A stretch of DNA of 64,000 bases, taken from the NCBI GenBank assembly GCA_965203485.1, contig OZ241892.1, positions 288,001 through 352,000 on the forward strand, in the 5' to 3' direction. Below the pieces are notes generated by a model. The model saw only the letters and a list, made by a program, of their open reading frames with translations, was not told the origin of the DNA and did not search any database. Origin of the DNA: Longimicrobiales bacterium. Its GTDB lineage: Bacteria > Gemmatimonadota > Gemmatimonadetes > Longimicrobiales > Gaopeijiaceae. Shown piece after piece: positions 9,932 to 19,787 of this stretch. How positions within the stretch are numbered: position 1 is the first letter of the stretch; each line of letters begins with the position of its first letter. A program made the translations under genes and the position numbers.

Positions 9932-11542
9932 ATGCGCTTCTTCAACACGACGGGACCCGTGAAGCCGGCGCGCCACTACCACATTCCGCCGCTGGACCGC
10001 CTCGACCTTGCCGAGTTCCGGCGGCTCGTGGACGAAGAGCGATACTTCGTGCTCCACGCGCCCCGTCAGACGGGAAAGACGTCGGTGCTGCTGGCGCTCC
10101 AGGAACTGTTGCACGGCGAAGGCCGCTACCGCTGCGTCTACGCGAACGTGGAGGCCGCCCAGGCGATGCGCGAAGACGTCGGGGCGGCGACCAAGGCGAT
10201 CCTGAGCCAGATGGCTCGCCAGGCGAGACGGGCGGGCGACCATTATCTGGCCAAGACGTGGTCCGGGATATTCGCCGAGCATGGCCCCGGCGCATTGGGC
10301 GAGGCGTTGTCGTCCTGGGCGGAGGCGGACGAGAAGCCGCTCGTGCTGCTGATCGACGAGATCGACGCGCTTGTGGGCGACACGCTCGTGTCCGTGTTGC
10401 GCCAGCTCCGGGCGGACCATCCCCACCGGCCGAAGAGGTTCCCCCAGAGCGTCGTCTTGTGCGGGGTGCGGGACGTGCGGGACTACCGCATCCACTCCAG
10501 TTCGGCCAACATGCTGGTGGCGGGCGGCAGCGCGTTCAACGTCAAGGCGGAATCGTTGCGCTTGGGCGACTTTTCGCGAGCGGACGTATGCGCCCTGCTG
10601 GGCCAGCATGCCGAGGAGACCGGCCAAGCGTTCGCCGCCGAAGCATTGGAGGCGGTCTGGACCCAGACGCGCGGCCAGCCGTGGCTGGTCAACGCGCTGG
10701 CCTACCAGACCTGCTTCAAGGGGGACAAGGCGGCGGATCGGACGCGGCGGATCGAGGAAGCCGACGTCATGGACGCCAGAGAGGCGCTGATCCTGCGCCG
10801 CGACACGCACCTGGACCAGCTGGCGGACAAGCTCCAGGAAGAGCGGGTGCGACGAGTGGTCGAGCCGTTGCTGGCGGGCGCGGACGAGACGGAGTTCTCG
10901 GGGCGCGATCTGGAGTACGCGCGGGACCTGGGTCTGGTCGCCCACGACAAGCCGCTCCGCATCGCCAACCCGATCTACGCCGAAGTGGTGCCCCGGGAGC
11001 TGACGTGGACGACGCAGGAGGGCCTTCCGCAGGACGTTGCTTGGTACGCGAGTCCGTCGGGCGGCCTGGAGATGGACAAGCTCTTCGGCGCGTTCCAAGA
11101 ATTCTTCCGAGAACATTCGGAGCACTGGGTGGAACGATTCCAATACAAGGAAGCGGGGCCGCAGTTGCTGCTGCAGGCCTTCCTGCAACGGATCGTGAAC
11201 AGCGGGGGCCGCATCGAGCGGGAGTACGGACTGGGACGCGGGCGAACGGACCTTCTGGTGCTCTGGCCGGAAAGCGAAGGCGCCGAGCGGAAAGGCGGAG
11301 CGGCTGGGCAAGGCGCTTCGACGCGCAAGTACGTGGTGGAGTGCAAGGTGTTGCACAAGGGCCTGGACCGCACGGTTGCCGAAGGCGTCGAGCAGACGGC
11401 CGGCTACATGGACCGATGCGGCGCCGAAGAGGGTCACTTGGTCGTGTTCGACCTGCGAAAGGGGCGAAGCTGGGAGGAGAAGCTGTTTCGCGAGGTCCGA
11501 ACGGCGCGGAGCGGGGCCGAGGTTCGCGTCTGGGGAAGTTGA
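9932..11542 (+). CDS. AAA-family ATPase with C-terminal PD-(D/E)XK-like domain
   Basis: MRFFNTTGP, HAPRQTGKTS, LLIDEID, REYGLGRGRTDL...VVECK; paralogue at 35794-37377. Confidence 0.85.
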   Translation: MRFFNTTGPVKPARHYHIPPLDRLDLAEFRRLVDEERYFVLHAPRQTGKTSVLLALQELLHGEGRYRCVYANVEAAQAMREDVGAATKAILSQMARQARRAGDHYLAKTWSGIFAEHGPGALGEALSSWAEADEKPLVLLIDEIDALVGDTLVSVLRQLRADHPHRPKRFPQSVVLCGVRDVRDYRIHSSSANMLVAGGSAFNVKAESLRLGDFSRADVCALLGQHAEETGQAFAAEALEAVWTQTRGQPWLVNALAYQTCFKGDKAADRTRRIEEADVMDAREALILRRDTHLDQLADKLQEERVRRVVEPLLAGADETEFSGRDLEYARDLGLVAHDKPLRIANPIYAEVVPRELTWTTQEGLPQDVAWYASPSGGLEMDKLFGAFQEFFREHSEHWVERFQYKEAGPQLLLQAFLQRIVNSGGRIEREYGLGRGRTDLLVLWPESEGAERKGGAAGQGASTRKYVVECKVLHKGLDRTVAEGVEQTAGYMDRCGAEEGHLVVFDLRKGRSWEEKLFREVRTARSGAEVRVWGS

Positions 11543-12027
11543 GTCCGTCTTTCTGGGTTCTGTGCCAAAAAGCGGGACATTTCTCTGGACATTTTGGCGA
11601 ATCGAAATCCGTAGAAGCTGAAAATCTAGCAGTCTTTGATCTGCGCCAGCTCCAGCCGACCGCGACCGCCGACTGCCAACTTGTCGGCGAGGGCTCCTCA
11701 ATGGCCTGGGTTGACGAGGTCGGCGGCGTGGAGGAGTCCTGCTGGTAAAGGTACGGGCGGCTTGCCGCGGATTGGGGAGGGCGGACGGTGGCGTGTGGGT
11801 CGTTTGGCGGGCCAAGACCAGTGGCCGCGAGGATGGAGCCCTGCCCGAAACGCCTCGCGTCGCAACGGAAATTGACGAATTGCCTCCCCTTGGCAGAGCG
11901 GTTCGGCCCGGTCTGGATTTGCCATTCCCTGGCGCATCGTAATACCTTGCTCGACGAGTTCTCCGCGTTTGGCGAGTGCTGGAGAGCTCAGCCTGGGGGT
12001 TGGCGGTATGGAGACAAGGACTAGCCG

Positions 12028-13446
12028 TTGCTAAGGTTCGATGCCACCGTTCTGCTGTCGTTGGCGGCCGTCTGTCTGTCTTCGTTCTACGGCAGTGGCC
12101 CGCTCGAAGCGCAAGTCGTGGACAGCGCGGGAGTGGAGATCATATGGGCAGCCCCAGCGTCGGACGGGCCAGGAGCGGTGGGGCAGTGCGTGCTTGGAGA
12201 GGAGCCGTCGGCCGTCATTGGAGGGCCCGCAGGCGAAGAAGGCGCGTTGCACGAGGTCGAGAGCGTCGTTCAGTTGCCGGACGGAAGGATTGCGGTCGCG
12301 AACGCGGGTTCGGGGCAGATCAAGGTGTTTAGCGAGACGGGTGAGCATCTTTACTTGGTCGGCCAGCTCGGCGACGGGCCGGGCGATTTTCGGAGCTTGG
12401 CGATGTTGGGCGTCCACGGGAATCGCATCCTCGCATACGACTCGATGCCGTCGAGGATCACGATGCTGGATTTTGAGGGAAAGCTCGTGGATACGACGCA
12501 AGTGGAGTTTGGTTCTCGCTTGTACGACGAGACGGGCGGATGGGTTTCCGGCATTGAGGTGGCAAGGGGGATGCCCGCTGTCGGCTGGTTGGGCTCGGGC
12601 ATCTTGGTCCTGAAGGAAACGGAAAGCGCATGTCGCAACTGCGACGGGCTCGTATATGGCAAATCGGTTCAACAAATGGAATCCGTTGCCGACTTGATGT
12701 TGGTTGGTTTGGACGGGAGCTTGGTCGCGCGACTGGAGGACTTTCCGGGCGACGACTGGGCCGTGCTTAAGGAAGTCAGTGAGTTGAGCTCCGCCGAGCT
12801 TCCACAACGACTCCGCGATTCTTTCCCCGTTGCCGAGGGATTCTCCATCGTATGGGGGGACGGCGGGTTCCGCACTGAAAGCGAGTCCGTGACGACGCCG
12901 TACTCGAGGAGTTTCCAGGCGGCTGTCGGGAGAACCTTGGTCGTGGCGGGGCACACGGCCACGGCCGAAGTCCGCTACTTCGACGCGGACGGACGGCTGG
13001 TGCGGATTCTTCGTCGTTCGACTCCGCCGCGGAGGGTGGGCGGCACAACGAAGGAAGCGTGGATTCTGGAGCAGACGGAAGGACTTGATCCGCCGCAGCG
13101 CGAGCGCCGCAGAGCGGAGCTGGCATCCGTCGAGTTTCCCGAGTTCGCGCCGGCCTTCAAGTCGTTGGCGCTCGACGGCCGCGAGAGGCTGTGGGTGGAG
13201 GAATTCTCCGGTTCGGGCACGAGCGCTGCCGGTCGTTGGACGGTGTACGGCGAGGACGGGGCATCCTTCGGCGTGGTTGCGACGCCGCCGGGATTCCGTC
13301 CGGCCAGCTTCGGGGCCGACTATGTCCTGGGCGTGTGGGAGGACGATCTGGGCGTGGAATACGTGCAGAAGTACGATTTTGCTTGTACGACGCCGCCGGC
13401 GAACGGGGCAACGGTCGCAAGGTCCGACGGGGGACTGGAGCCATGA
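12028..13446 (+). CDS. 6-bladed beta-propeller secreted protein
   Basis: Signal peptide, DSAGVEII, GDGPGDF, GVWEDDLGVEYV. Confidence 0.75.
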   Translation: MLRFDATVLLSLAAVCLSSFYGSGPLEAQVVDSAGVEIIWAAPASDGPGAVGQCVLGEEPSAVIGGPAGEEGALHEVESVVQLPDGRIAVANAGSGQIKVFSETGEHLYLVGQLGDGPGDFRSLAMLGVHGNRILAYDSMPSRITMLDFEGKLVDTTQVEFGSRLYDETGGWVSGIEVARGMPAVGWLGSGILVLKETESACRNCDGLVYGKSVQQMESVADLMLVGLDGSLVARLEDFPGDDWAVLKEVSELSSAELPQRLRDSFPVAEGFSIVWGDGGFRTESESVTTPYSRSFQAAVGRTLVVAGHTATAEVRYFDADGRLVRILRRSTPPRRVGGTTKEAWILEQTEGLDPPQRERRRAELASVEFPEFAPAFKSLALDGRERLWVEEFSGSGTSAAGRWTVYGEDGASFGVVATPPGFRPASFGADYVLGVWEDDLGVEYVQKYDFACTTPPANGATVARSDGGLEP

Positions 13447-14768
13447 AGAGCAAGTGGAGAGTGGCGTGTCGGGACGGCCGGGTCGTTCTGGCGCTGGCGG
13501 GGGCCGGCCCGTTGGTCCTGCCGTGCGTCGGGTTCGGTGCTCTGCTCAATGCCCAAGCGGTGGACAGCGCCGGCGTGGAGATTGTTCAGGTGGGTCCGGC
13601 GGACGACGGCTGGGCGGTGTCGGGGCCGTGCGTGCTGGGAGACGAGCCGTCGGTGCAGATCGGGTCGCTGGCAGGCGAAGAGAGCGCATTGTTCCGGGTG
13701 GAGGCTGCCGTGCAGTTGCCGGACGGAAGGATTGCGGTCGCGAACGCCGGCTCGGGCGAGATCAAGGTGTTTGGCGAGGCCGGCGAGCACGTTTGGTCGG
13801 TCGGTCGGCTCGGGGACGGACCGGGCGATTTTCGCGATTTGGCGGCGCTGGGCGTCCACGACGATCGCATTCTCGCGTACGATTCGGAGCCGTCGCGGAT
13901 CACGGCGATCGATTTCGGCGGACAGATCATGGGGGCGACGCAGGTGGAGTTCGCTTCTCGACAGTACGAAAGGACGGGCGGCGTGGCCGGCGGCCTTGCA
14001 ATGGCAAGGGGAATGCCCGCGGTCGGCTGGTTGGGTCGGGGCGTTCTGATCTTGCACGAGGAGCGAAGCCAAAGTCGCGGACGGGTAGTGTTGGGAGAAA
14101 CCGTCGAGTTGCTGGAATCCACGGAAGACTTGGTGTTTGTCGGTTCGGACGGCAGTCTGGTCGCACGGATCGAGGGCTTGCCGGGCGACGAATCGGTGAG
14201 GCGCCGGAACATCACGCCGAGTTCTCAAGGGATGGCCATAACGCTCACGCGGATGACGACGCCGTACTCCAAGACGTTCCAGGCGGCGGTTGGGCAAAGC
14301 CGCATCGTGGCGGGACACACGGCCACCGACGAGGTCCGCTTCTTTGACGCGAATGGCCAGCTGGTGCGCATTCTTCGCCGTCTGAACCGGCCGCGCCGGG
14401 TGGGCGACGGGGCGAAGGACGCGTGGATTCGGGCGCAAACCGAGAGATTTGATCCGCCACAGCGCCGCAGTTTCAGGGAACGACTGTCGGCCGTGGAGTT
14501 TCCAGAGTACATGCCGGCCTTCGAATCGCTGGCCCTTGACGCTCGCGACCGGTTGTGGGTGCAGGAGTTCGTCGGTCCGGAAGCCGTCGGCGGCAGTCGT
14601 TGGACGGTGTACGACGCAGGGGGCGCGCCCGCCGGCATGGTTGCCATGCCGCCTCGGTTCCGTCCGGCCAGTTTCGGGCCGGACCACGTCCTGGGCGTGT
14701 GGGAGGACGACCTGGACGTGGAGTACGTGCAGAGATACGATCTCTCCGAGGGATGCAAGACGCTCTGA
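13443..14768 (+). CDS. 6-bladed beta-propeller secreted protein (tandem paralogue)
   Basis: Closely similar to the preceding gene; ATGA overlap. Confidence 0.75.
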   Translation: MKSKWRVACRDGRVVLALAGAGPLVLPCVGFGALLNAQAVDSAGVEIVQVGPADDGWAVSGPCVLGDEPSVQIGSLAGEESALFRVEAAVQLPDGRIAVANAGSGEIKVFGEAGEHVWSVGRLGDGPGDFRDLAALGVHDDRILAYDSEPSRITAIDFGGQIMGATQVEFASRQYERTGGVAGGLAMARGMPAVGWLGRGVLILHEERSQSRGRVVLGETVELLESTEDLVFVGSDGSLVARIEGLPGDESVRRRNITPSSQGMAITLTRMTTPYSKTFQAAVGQSRIVAGHTATDEVRFFDANGQLVRILRRLNRPRRVGDGAKDAWIRAQTERFDPPQRRSFRERLSAVEFPEYMPAFESLALDARDRLWVQEFVGPEAVGGSRWTVYDAGGAPAGMVAMPPRFRPASFGPDHVLGVWEDDLDVEYVQRYDLSEGCKTL

Positions 14769-15006
14769 CCTGCCAGAACGGCGAGGCCGCGACCGGCGAG
14801 ACGGCGGCGGGTGCACCGACTGCCGCCCAACAGATTATGGAGGTGGACACGAACGCCGGCCCGCGGACGTTGTTGAACGCGCCGATCCGGTCCCTTTTCC
14901 GAGGTGTCCAGGCCGCTCGGCCGACGTCAGCCGGGGTTGAGGCCCCGGCCTTCGTTGAGCGCTGATGCATGTCTACACGGGCTCCGTGCCGATCGAGCAC
15001 TGACGA

Positions 15007-16047
15007 TCACGCCACCGTGTATTGACGGAGCCTGGTGTGCGTCGATAACTGTTCAATCTGGGACAACGTGAAAACCAATCCGCGCGTAGCCAGCAACAAC
15101 GACTTCATGTCGCTCTTTCGCACGCCGAAGCCTCGGCCTGCAATGCACGCAATGACGTCGAATCCGGGTTGTCCTTGTCGTTCGCGGCTGTTCCTCATTT
15201 CGGTCAAGCGCAGGACCCGAGCTGCTTTGTCCCTGGCGGTACCGTCGTCCTGAGTCATCTTCGCTTCGATCACAGCGATGGGCGCCGTCGGACTCGGGCA
15301 GAAGAAATCTGGATTCTGTTCCCATCCCGCCAGCGCTTCTGCTCGCTTCGTCCGAAAGAACGGAATCCCTGATGCAACCAACTGCCGCTCGATCCTGTCT
15401 TCAAGTGCACCACCCACAATTTCACTGACGGAATCGCGATGCGAAGCGAAAGGCCGTCCGAGAAACCGTTCGTACAGTAGTGCAGGGTACTCCACGCCTC
15501 TTGATGCTACCGCCACGAGGCTTTCCTGGCCTTGAACGGAATCTATCTTGTCCAAGCGATGGATGCGGCCCGCGCCCGCCTTCGGAGCCGGTTTCTCCAG
15601 CATTCCACAAGCGGCCTGCACGAGGGCGCGAACCCGTTCTTCTTGAAGAGGCGTATGGCCAATTTCAGCTTCGGGATTCTTTCTGATCGCACGATCCAAG
15701 GTTCGTGCAAAGCCTTGGCCAATTCTGACGCCGGTTGTCAAGGTCGCGACATCGGACCACTCGGGGGGAGACAAGCCAAGGACGGCTCGGAGAACTACAA
15801 GGCCCATGGGGACGCGGCGAATGGCCTGGAATAGGCGATCGGCGTCCATTCGCTTGAACCCCTCGGTTGCGTTGTGGATCGCCCGATATCCCTCGGCAAA
15901 GGAATCGAACGCGACAAAGCCCACGCCAAGAGGCATGACGAGGAAGTCGCTTTCCAAGGCCGTGAACACTCGCTCGACGTACTCGTCGATTCCAGTTTCC
16001 AAGCAATCGAACGAGACTTCAAACGGAAGCGGGCCGTCAGACGCCAC
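15007..16047 (-). CDS. Putative type II restriction endonuclease (PD-(D/E)XK)
   Basis: NPDFFCP...VIEAK(MTQDDGTARDK); overlaps the methylase stop. Confidence 0.6.
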   Translation of the reverse strand: MASDGPLPFEVSFDCLETGIDEYVERVFTALESDFLVMPLGVGFVAFDSFAEGYRAIHNATEGFKRMDADRLFQAIRRVPMGLVVLRAVLGLSPPEWSDVATLTTGVRIGQGFARTLDRAIRKNPEAEIGHTPLQEERVRALVQAACGMLEKPAPKAGAGRIHRLDKIDSVQGQESLVAVASRGVEYPALLYERFLGRPFASHRDSVSEIVGGALEDRIERQLVASGIPFFRTKRAEALAGWEQNPDFFCPSPTAPIAVIEAKMTQDDGTARDKAARVLRLTEMRNSRERQGQPGFDVIACIAGRGFGVRKSDMKSLLLATRGLVFTLSQIEQLSTHTRLRQYTVA

Positions 16048-18226
16048 TGATGTCTTCCAAGAAATCGCCCTGCACCTCCGTGCCCGGAGTGACGCTGGTG
16101 GACTGCAGGACTTCCATGATTCCCTCGACGCTGGCCAAGTCGTCCGTCGCGTTGCGCACTTCGTGGAGTTTGGTTGTCGTTGCCCATTTCCGGTTCCATG
16201 CGGGCCGGAGCGTCCATGCCGTCATGCGGACGAGATGACCAAGGGCGATGCAACGAGTGTCGCCTGCGCTGGGTCGGACACCACCGGCTCGAAGCTGAGC
16301 CAAGTCGAATGCCACCAAACGAGCGAAGTCCTCGGGGCCGAACGCTAGGTCGTCGTCGGGGACGGCGGCGTCCTTCCGACAAACGAACACCGTGTCCACG
16401 ATCGACGAGCGGGTGCCGTTGATGTGAATCGACCCACTCATCTCGGCGGGGCAGGGCAATGTCGCGGTGGCCACCAGTCCAGCGTCTAGGATCGCCACGG
16501 CCACGGGGTGGTACGCGCTTTGTTGGTTGTGGTGATAGGTAAACACGAAGGGCGCCCCGGGCCTCAAGGCATCTGCCATGCGCACGTAAACCTGCGCCAG
16601 GCCTTCGGTAAAGTGCTCGATGCCTCGCCGTTCGGTTCGATTGCCCGTCAGTTCGCCCGGAGTTCGTGTCGAGGGTGGATTGAAGACGCCGTTGGTCCGC
16701 GCCAAGCGTCGAAGCCATACGTAGCAAAAATCCATAAGCTCGGCATACTGAACGCTGTCGTAGTACGGCGGATCTGTAAGGACAGCGTCAAGAGAATTGG
16801 GCGCAAGGGATGCCGTCGTAGCGCTGCCGCAGATGAGCATCACGTTGCGACCGTTGGCACGGACCGGAACGCCGTCGTGGGTCGCATCTCCGCGATTGGC
16901 GCCGATTCGTTCTCCTGTCGTGTACACGCGAGTTCGCACTCCGGGCGGCACTTCGAAGGGCCGATCGCAGTAGTCCTTGGCGACTTTGTACTTGTGAAGG
17001 ATGTTGACCCAGCCTCCGCTACCGACGGGCTTGCCGCGGTCCCGTATGCCAAGCAAGTTGACTTCGCATCGCACGAGCCCCGTGGGAAAGCCGTGCACAG
17101 AGAAGAGGTCGAGCGCCTTCAGCGTGCTTGTGTCGTAGCGAACGAGCAAGTTGTTGTAGCGCAGCAAGTCCGACAGGTTCGTGGCGAGCGCGCGGTTGAC
17201 GACCGGATCGGACTGTGTGGCCACTAGATGGCAACTCAGTTCCAATCCCAGAAGTTGCCGGTCGTTGAACATTTGCCGGTAGCGGCTGTATCCCCAACGG
17301 TGAAGCCGGGTCGATTCGTCACCGGGCGGGATGGGATCGTCGGGAACGTACCGTGTAGGGGCGAGTTCCCCTAATCGGCGCGCGGCGGCGGCGTACTTGG
17401 CAAGATCTTCGTCGGTCGGGCTCTTGAAGAACCGGCCTCGGTGGGTTCGTCGACATCTGCGGCAGTGGTACTCGATAGCGAACATTCGGTGGGGTAGTGG
17501 CCCATCTGCGGTCGCCGGGTACCGGTTCGGAGTCGTGCAATGGGGGCATGGAACCAGGCCGCGCCGGGCTGGCCCTTCGCTACGCAAGGCCGCGGCACAC
17601 TGGGAACAAGCTCCGGGCGACTTTCGGTCGGACACTTCGGCAAGATTGCCGCACGCGGCGCACACCAGGACGTTCTTTGCGTGTCTGGCATTCGTCGCTA
17701 CCAAATAGCCGGGAAAGAGGTCGATCCGCCGCCGACATGCCGTGCACGCCTGCGTCTTCACCCACAGAAAGCATTTGACGGGGGCCGACTCGCCGCACCG
17801 TGTGCACGAAGTCTCGTATAGAACGCCGATCTGGCGTCGCAATTCCCGAATCAGAGTTTTCCCGGCTTCCTCGTAGACCGCGACGTCCAAGTCTTCCAGT
17901 TCGCGCCCGACGATCCACCAAGCCATCGGGTTGACGTCCCATCCCGCAATCCCTGCGCCCAGCCGGTTTGCCTCGATAAGCGGCGTGCCCCCTCCCATGA
18001 AGGGATCGGCAACCCTCTTGCCTTGAAGCGTGTTGGACCGGAAGTAGCTGTCCTGCAACGCAGCATCGACGAATTCGGAAAGAAGAAGGCCGCGAAACAG
18101 CGCCCCGGGGCGTCGGGCGAACCACTTGTGCACGGCAATTACGGGTCGATAGTTCTGCTGAATCGACTTTTCGCGCAAAGCCAGGGCCGAAATGAACGGC
18201 ACGTCGAAGCGACGCTCGATGCTCAT
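16037..18226 (-). CDS. DUF1156-type amino-DNA methyltransferase with Zn-ribbon inserts
   Basis: HKWFARRP, DPFMGGGT, TDPPYYD, six CxxC pairs; ATG 18226 overlaps the upstream stop. Confidence 0.85.
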   Translation of the reverse strand: MSIERRFDVPFISALALREKSIQQNYRPVIAVHKWFARRPGALFRGLLLSEFVDAALQDSYFRSNTLQGKRVADPFMGGGTPLIEANRLGAGIAGWDVNPMAWWIVGRELEDLDVAVYEEAGKTLIRELRRQIGVLYETSCTRCGESAPVKCFLWVKTQACTACRRRIDLFPGYLVATNARHAKNVLVCAACGNLAEVSDRKSPGACSQCAAALRSEGPARRGLVPCPHCTTPNRYPATADGPLPHRMFAIEYHCRRCRRTHRGRFFKSPTDEDLAKYAAAARRLGELAPTRYVPDDPIPPGDESTRLHRWGYSRYRQMFNDRQLLGLELSCHLVATQSDPVVNRALATNLSDLLRYNNLLVRYDTSTLKALDLFSVHGFPTGLVRCEVNLLGIRDRGKPVGSGGWVNILHKYKVAKDYCDRPFEVPPGVRTRVYTTGERIGANRGDATHDGVPVRANGRNVMLICGSATTASLAPNSLDAVLTDPPYYDSVQYAELMDFCYVWLRRLARTNGVFNPPSTRTPGELTGNRTERRGIEHFTEGLAQVYVRMADALRPGAPFVFTYHHNQQSAYHPVAVAILDAGLVATATLPCPAEMSGSIHINGTRSSIVDTVFVCRKDAAVPDDDLAFGPEDFARLVAFDLAQLRAGGVRPSAGDTRCIALGHLVRMTAWTLRPAWNRKWATTTKLHEVRNATDDLASVEGIMEVLQSTSVTPGTEVQGDFLEDISGV

Positions 18227-18996
18227 GACGTGGCGCACCGCTTCGGCGCCGCCACCAACACCTCTTCGTCGCAAACCAGCGAGGCGCAACCTGCCGCCGA
18301 CATGCGATCGACCGTGTTCGGCGACGGCTTGACCGCGACGACTCGCCCCCCCGGCGCGAGGACTCGAACCGACTCGCGCCACCGATCCGCATCGTCGGCA
18401 TCCGCAATGACGGTGCCGCGTGCGGCCCGGTCGGCAAACGGCAACGCAGGCCCCACCGCCATCGCGCTAACGCCCTGCCAAGCAAAGTCGCGCGCTCCCC
18501 AGCCCGTCGCCACGACCTCGACGCTGGGCGCCATCTTGGACAGGCCGATCACGACCTCCGCTCGCCCGTCCCAGACGATCACGATCCCGGGCCCGTCGGC
18601 CACGCCTAGGGCGGCGGCCAGTCGCAACGCGGCGCTCGGCTCACCGCGCAGCCCATGTCCAGCCTCCTGCGCGCTCGAGACGGCAAGCTCGCTCGCGCGA
18701 CCGTGCGGACCCGGAGACCGTTGTCGCCCGGGCGTCTCCCCGGAACCCGCGAAGTCGGAGTCGCGCCCCGCCGCCGATCCCGCATCCGGCCGGCGCTCCC
18801 GCGGCGGCGCTGGGCTTCTCGGTTGCGGCCGCATGTCGGCGAATCCGTCCTCCACGGGGAAGCTGTCGCGGCAGTTGGCGCAACCGAACTCGCCTTGCCG
18901 GACGCGGCGGTCGACGACTTCGCGCGCCACGAGGACCAGCCCGAACGGCGGGCCGCAGCGCGGGCAGACCATGTGGTCCGTCAGGAGGACGTTCAC
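18223..18996 (-). CDS. Trm112-like Zn-finger protein with degenerate methyltransferase-like C-terminus
   Basis: CPRCG...GEFGCANCRDSFPVEDG; LPFAD...RVLAPGGRVV; GTG overlaps the queD stop. Confidence 0.6.
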   Translation of the reverse strand: MNVLLTDHMVCPRCGPPFGLVLVAREVVDRRVRQGEFGCANCRDSFPVEDGFADMRPQPRSPAPPRERRPDAGSAAGRDSDFAGSGETPGRQRSPGPHGRASELAVSSAQEAGHGLRGEPSAALRLAAALGVADGPGIVIVWDGRAEVVIGLSKMAPSVEVVATGWGARDFAWQGVSAMAVGPALPFADRAARGTVIADADDADRWRESVRVLAPGGRVVAVKPSPNTVDRMSAAGCASLVCDEEVLVAAPKRCATS

Positions 18997-19415
18997 CGGT
19001 CCGGTCCGGCGTACTCCACCCAGTGACGCGGGGTCTCCCAAAGCACCAGCTTGTCGAGGACGGCGGGGGGCGGGACATGCGGGGCAAGCCGGTCCCAGAT
19101 GCGCATCACCAGGTTCTCGGTGGACGGCAGGACGCCGTCGAGCCAGGGAACGTCCAAGTTCAGGTTGCGGTGATCGAGGTCGGCGACGACTTCGCGCTGG
19201 ACGAGCTCCTTGAGGTCCTTCAGGTCCATCACGTAGCCCGAGGCGGGGTCGGGCGGGCCGGCCACGGTGACGTCGAGCTCGTAGTTGTGGCCGTGCCAGT
19301 TGGGGTTGGCGCATGCGCCGAACGCGCGCTCGTTGCGCTCGTCGCTCCACTCGGGACGGGCGAGGCGGTGCGCGGCGGAGAAGTGCAGCCGGCGCGTGAT
19401 CTTCACGATGGGCAT
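18993..19415 (-). CDS. queD: 6-carboxytetrahydropterin synthase / PTPS
   Basis: FSAAHRL, GACANPNWHGHNY, LDHRNLN, PSTENL, LWETP. Confidence 0.9.
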   Translation of the reverse strand: MPIVKITRRLHFSAAHRLARPEWSDERNERAFGACANPNWHGHNYELDVTVAGPPDPASGYVMDLKDLKELVQREVVADLDHRNLNLDVPWLDGVLPSTENLVMRIWDRLAPHVPPPAVLDKLVLWETPRHWVEYAGPDR

Positions 19416-19421
19416 GGCCCC

Positions 19422-19462
19422 AAAAGGTAAGAGCCGACACCCCCGAGGGGGCGCCGACTCTT
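19422..19462 (-). terminator. Intrinsic terminator-like hairpin downstream of 6S RNA
   Basis: AAGAGUCGGCGCCCC-CUCG-GGGGUGUCGGCUCUU-ACCUUUU; fully paired (with G-U) only on the minus strand. Confidence 0.7.
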
Positions 19463-19463
19463 G

Positions 19464-19614
19464 TTGTGCCGAGAGGCGTGTTTGAAGCCCGGGTTCAACT
19501 TCTGGTGACGCCACCGCGGTCTTCGCCGTCCCCCCGGAAGGGGCATGACGTCCGCCGCGATAGACGATCCCGGCTCTTCCAGTGTTGGCTCAAATAGCGA
19601 TCCTCCCGACACTC
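19464..19614 (-). ncRNA. ssrS: Probable 6S RNA
   Basis: Terminal stem GUGUCGGGAGG/CCUCUCGGCAC, then UUUGAGCC/GGCUUCAAA and CUGG/CCAG; 3' UUGAACCCGGG motif; upstream CATATT -10-like hexamer; downstream terminator. Confidence 0.7.
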
Positions 19615-19787
19615 CGTTCAATATGGGGACCGGACCGGCGCATGGCAAGCAAGCCGTCGCGGGGAGGCCGACGGAGCGCGGGCGCGGACGGCCGCGAGAG
19701 CGCCGACTGCCCGGCACCGCTGCAGCGCTGTCGCTGGAGGCGTCCGAAGCGCGGGCGCAGACGGCCGCTTGGAGGTACCTTGGCCGG

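Noticed and set aside
11543..12027. Intergenic short repeats (ggacattt x2, gccaaaa/ttttggc)
   Set aside because: Too short to support any feature
19416..19470. preQ1 riboswitch upstream of queD
   Set aside because: No recognisable preQ1 aptamer; better explained as the 6S terminator
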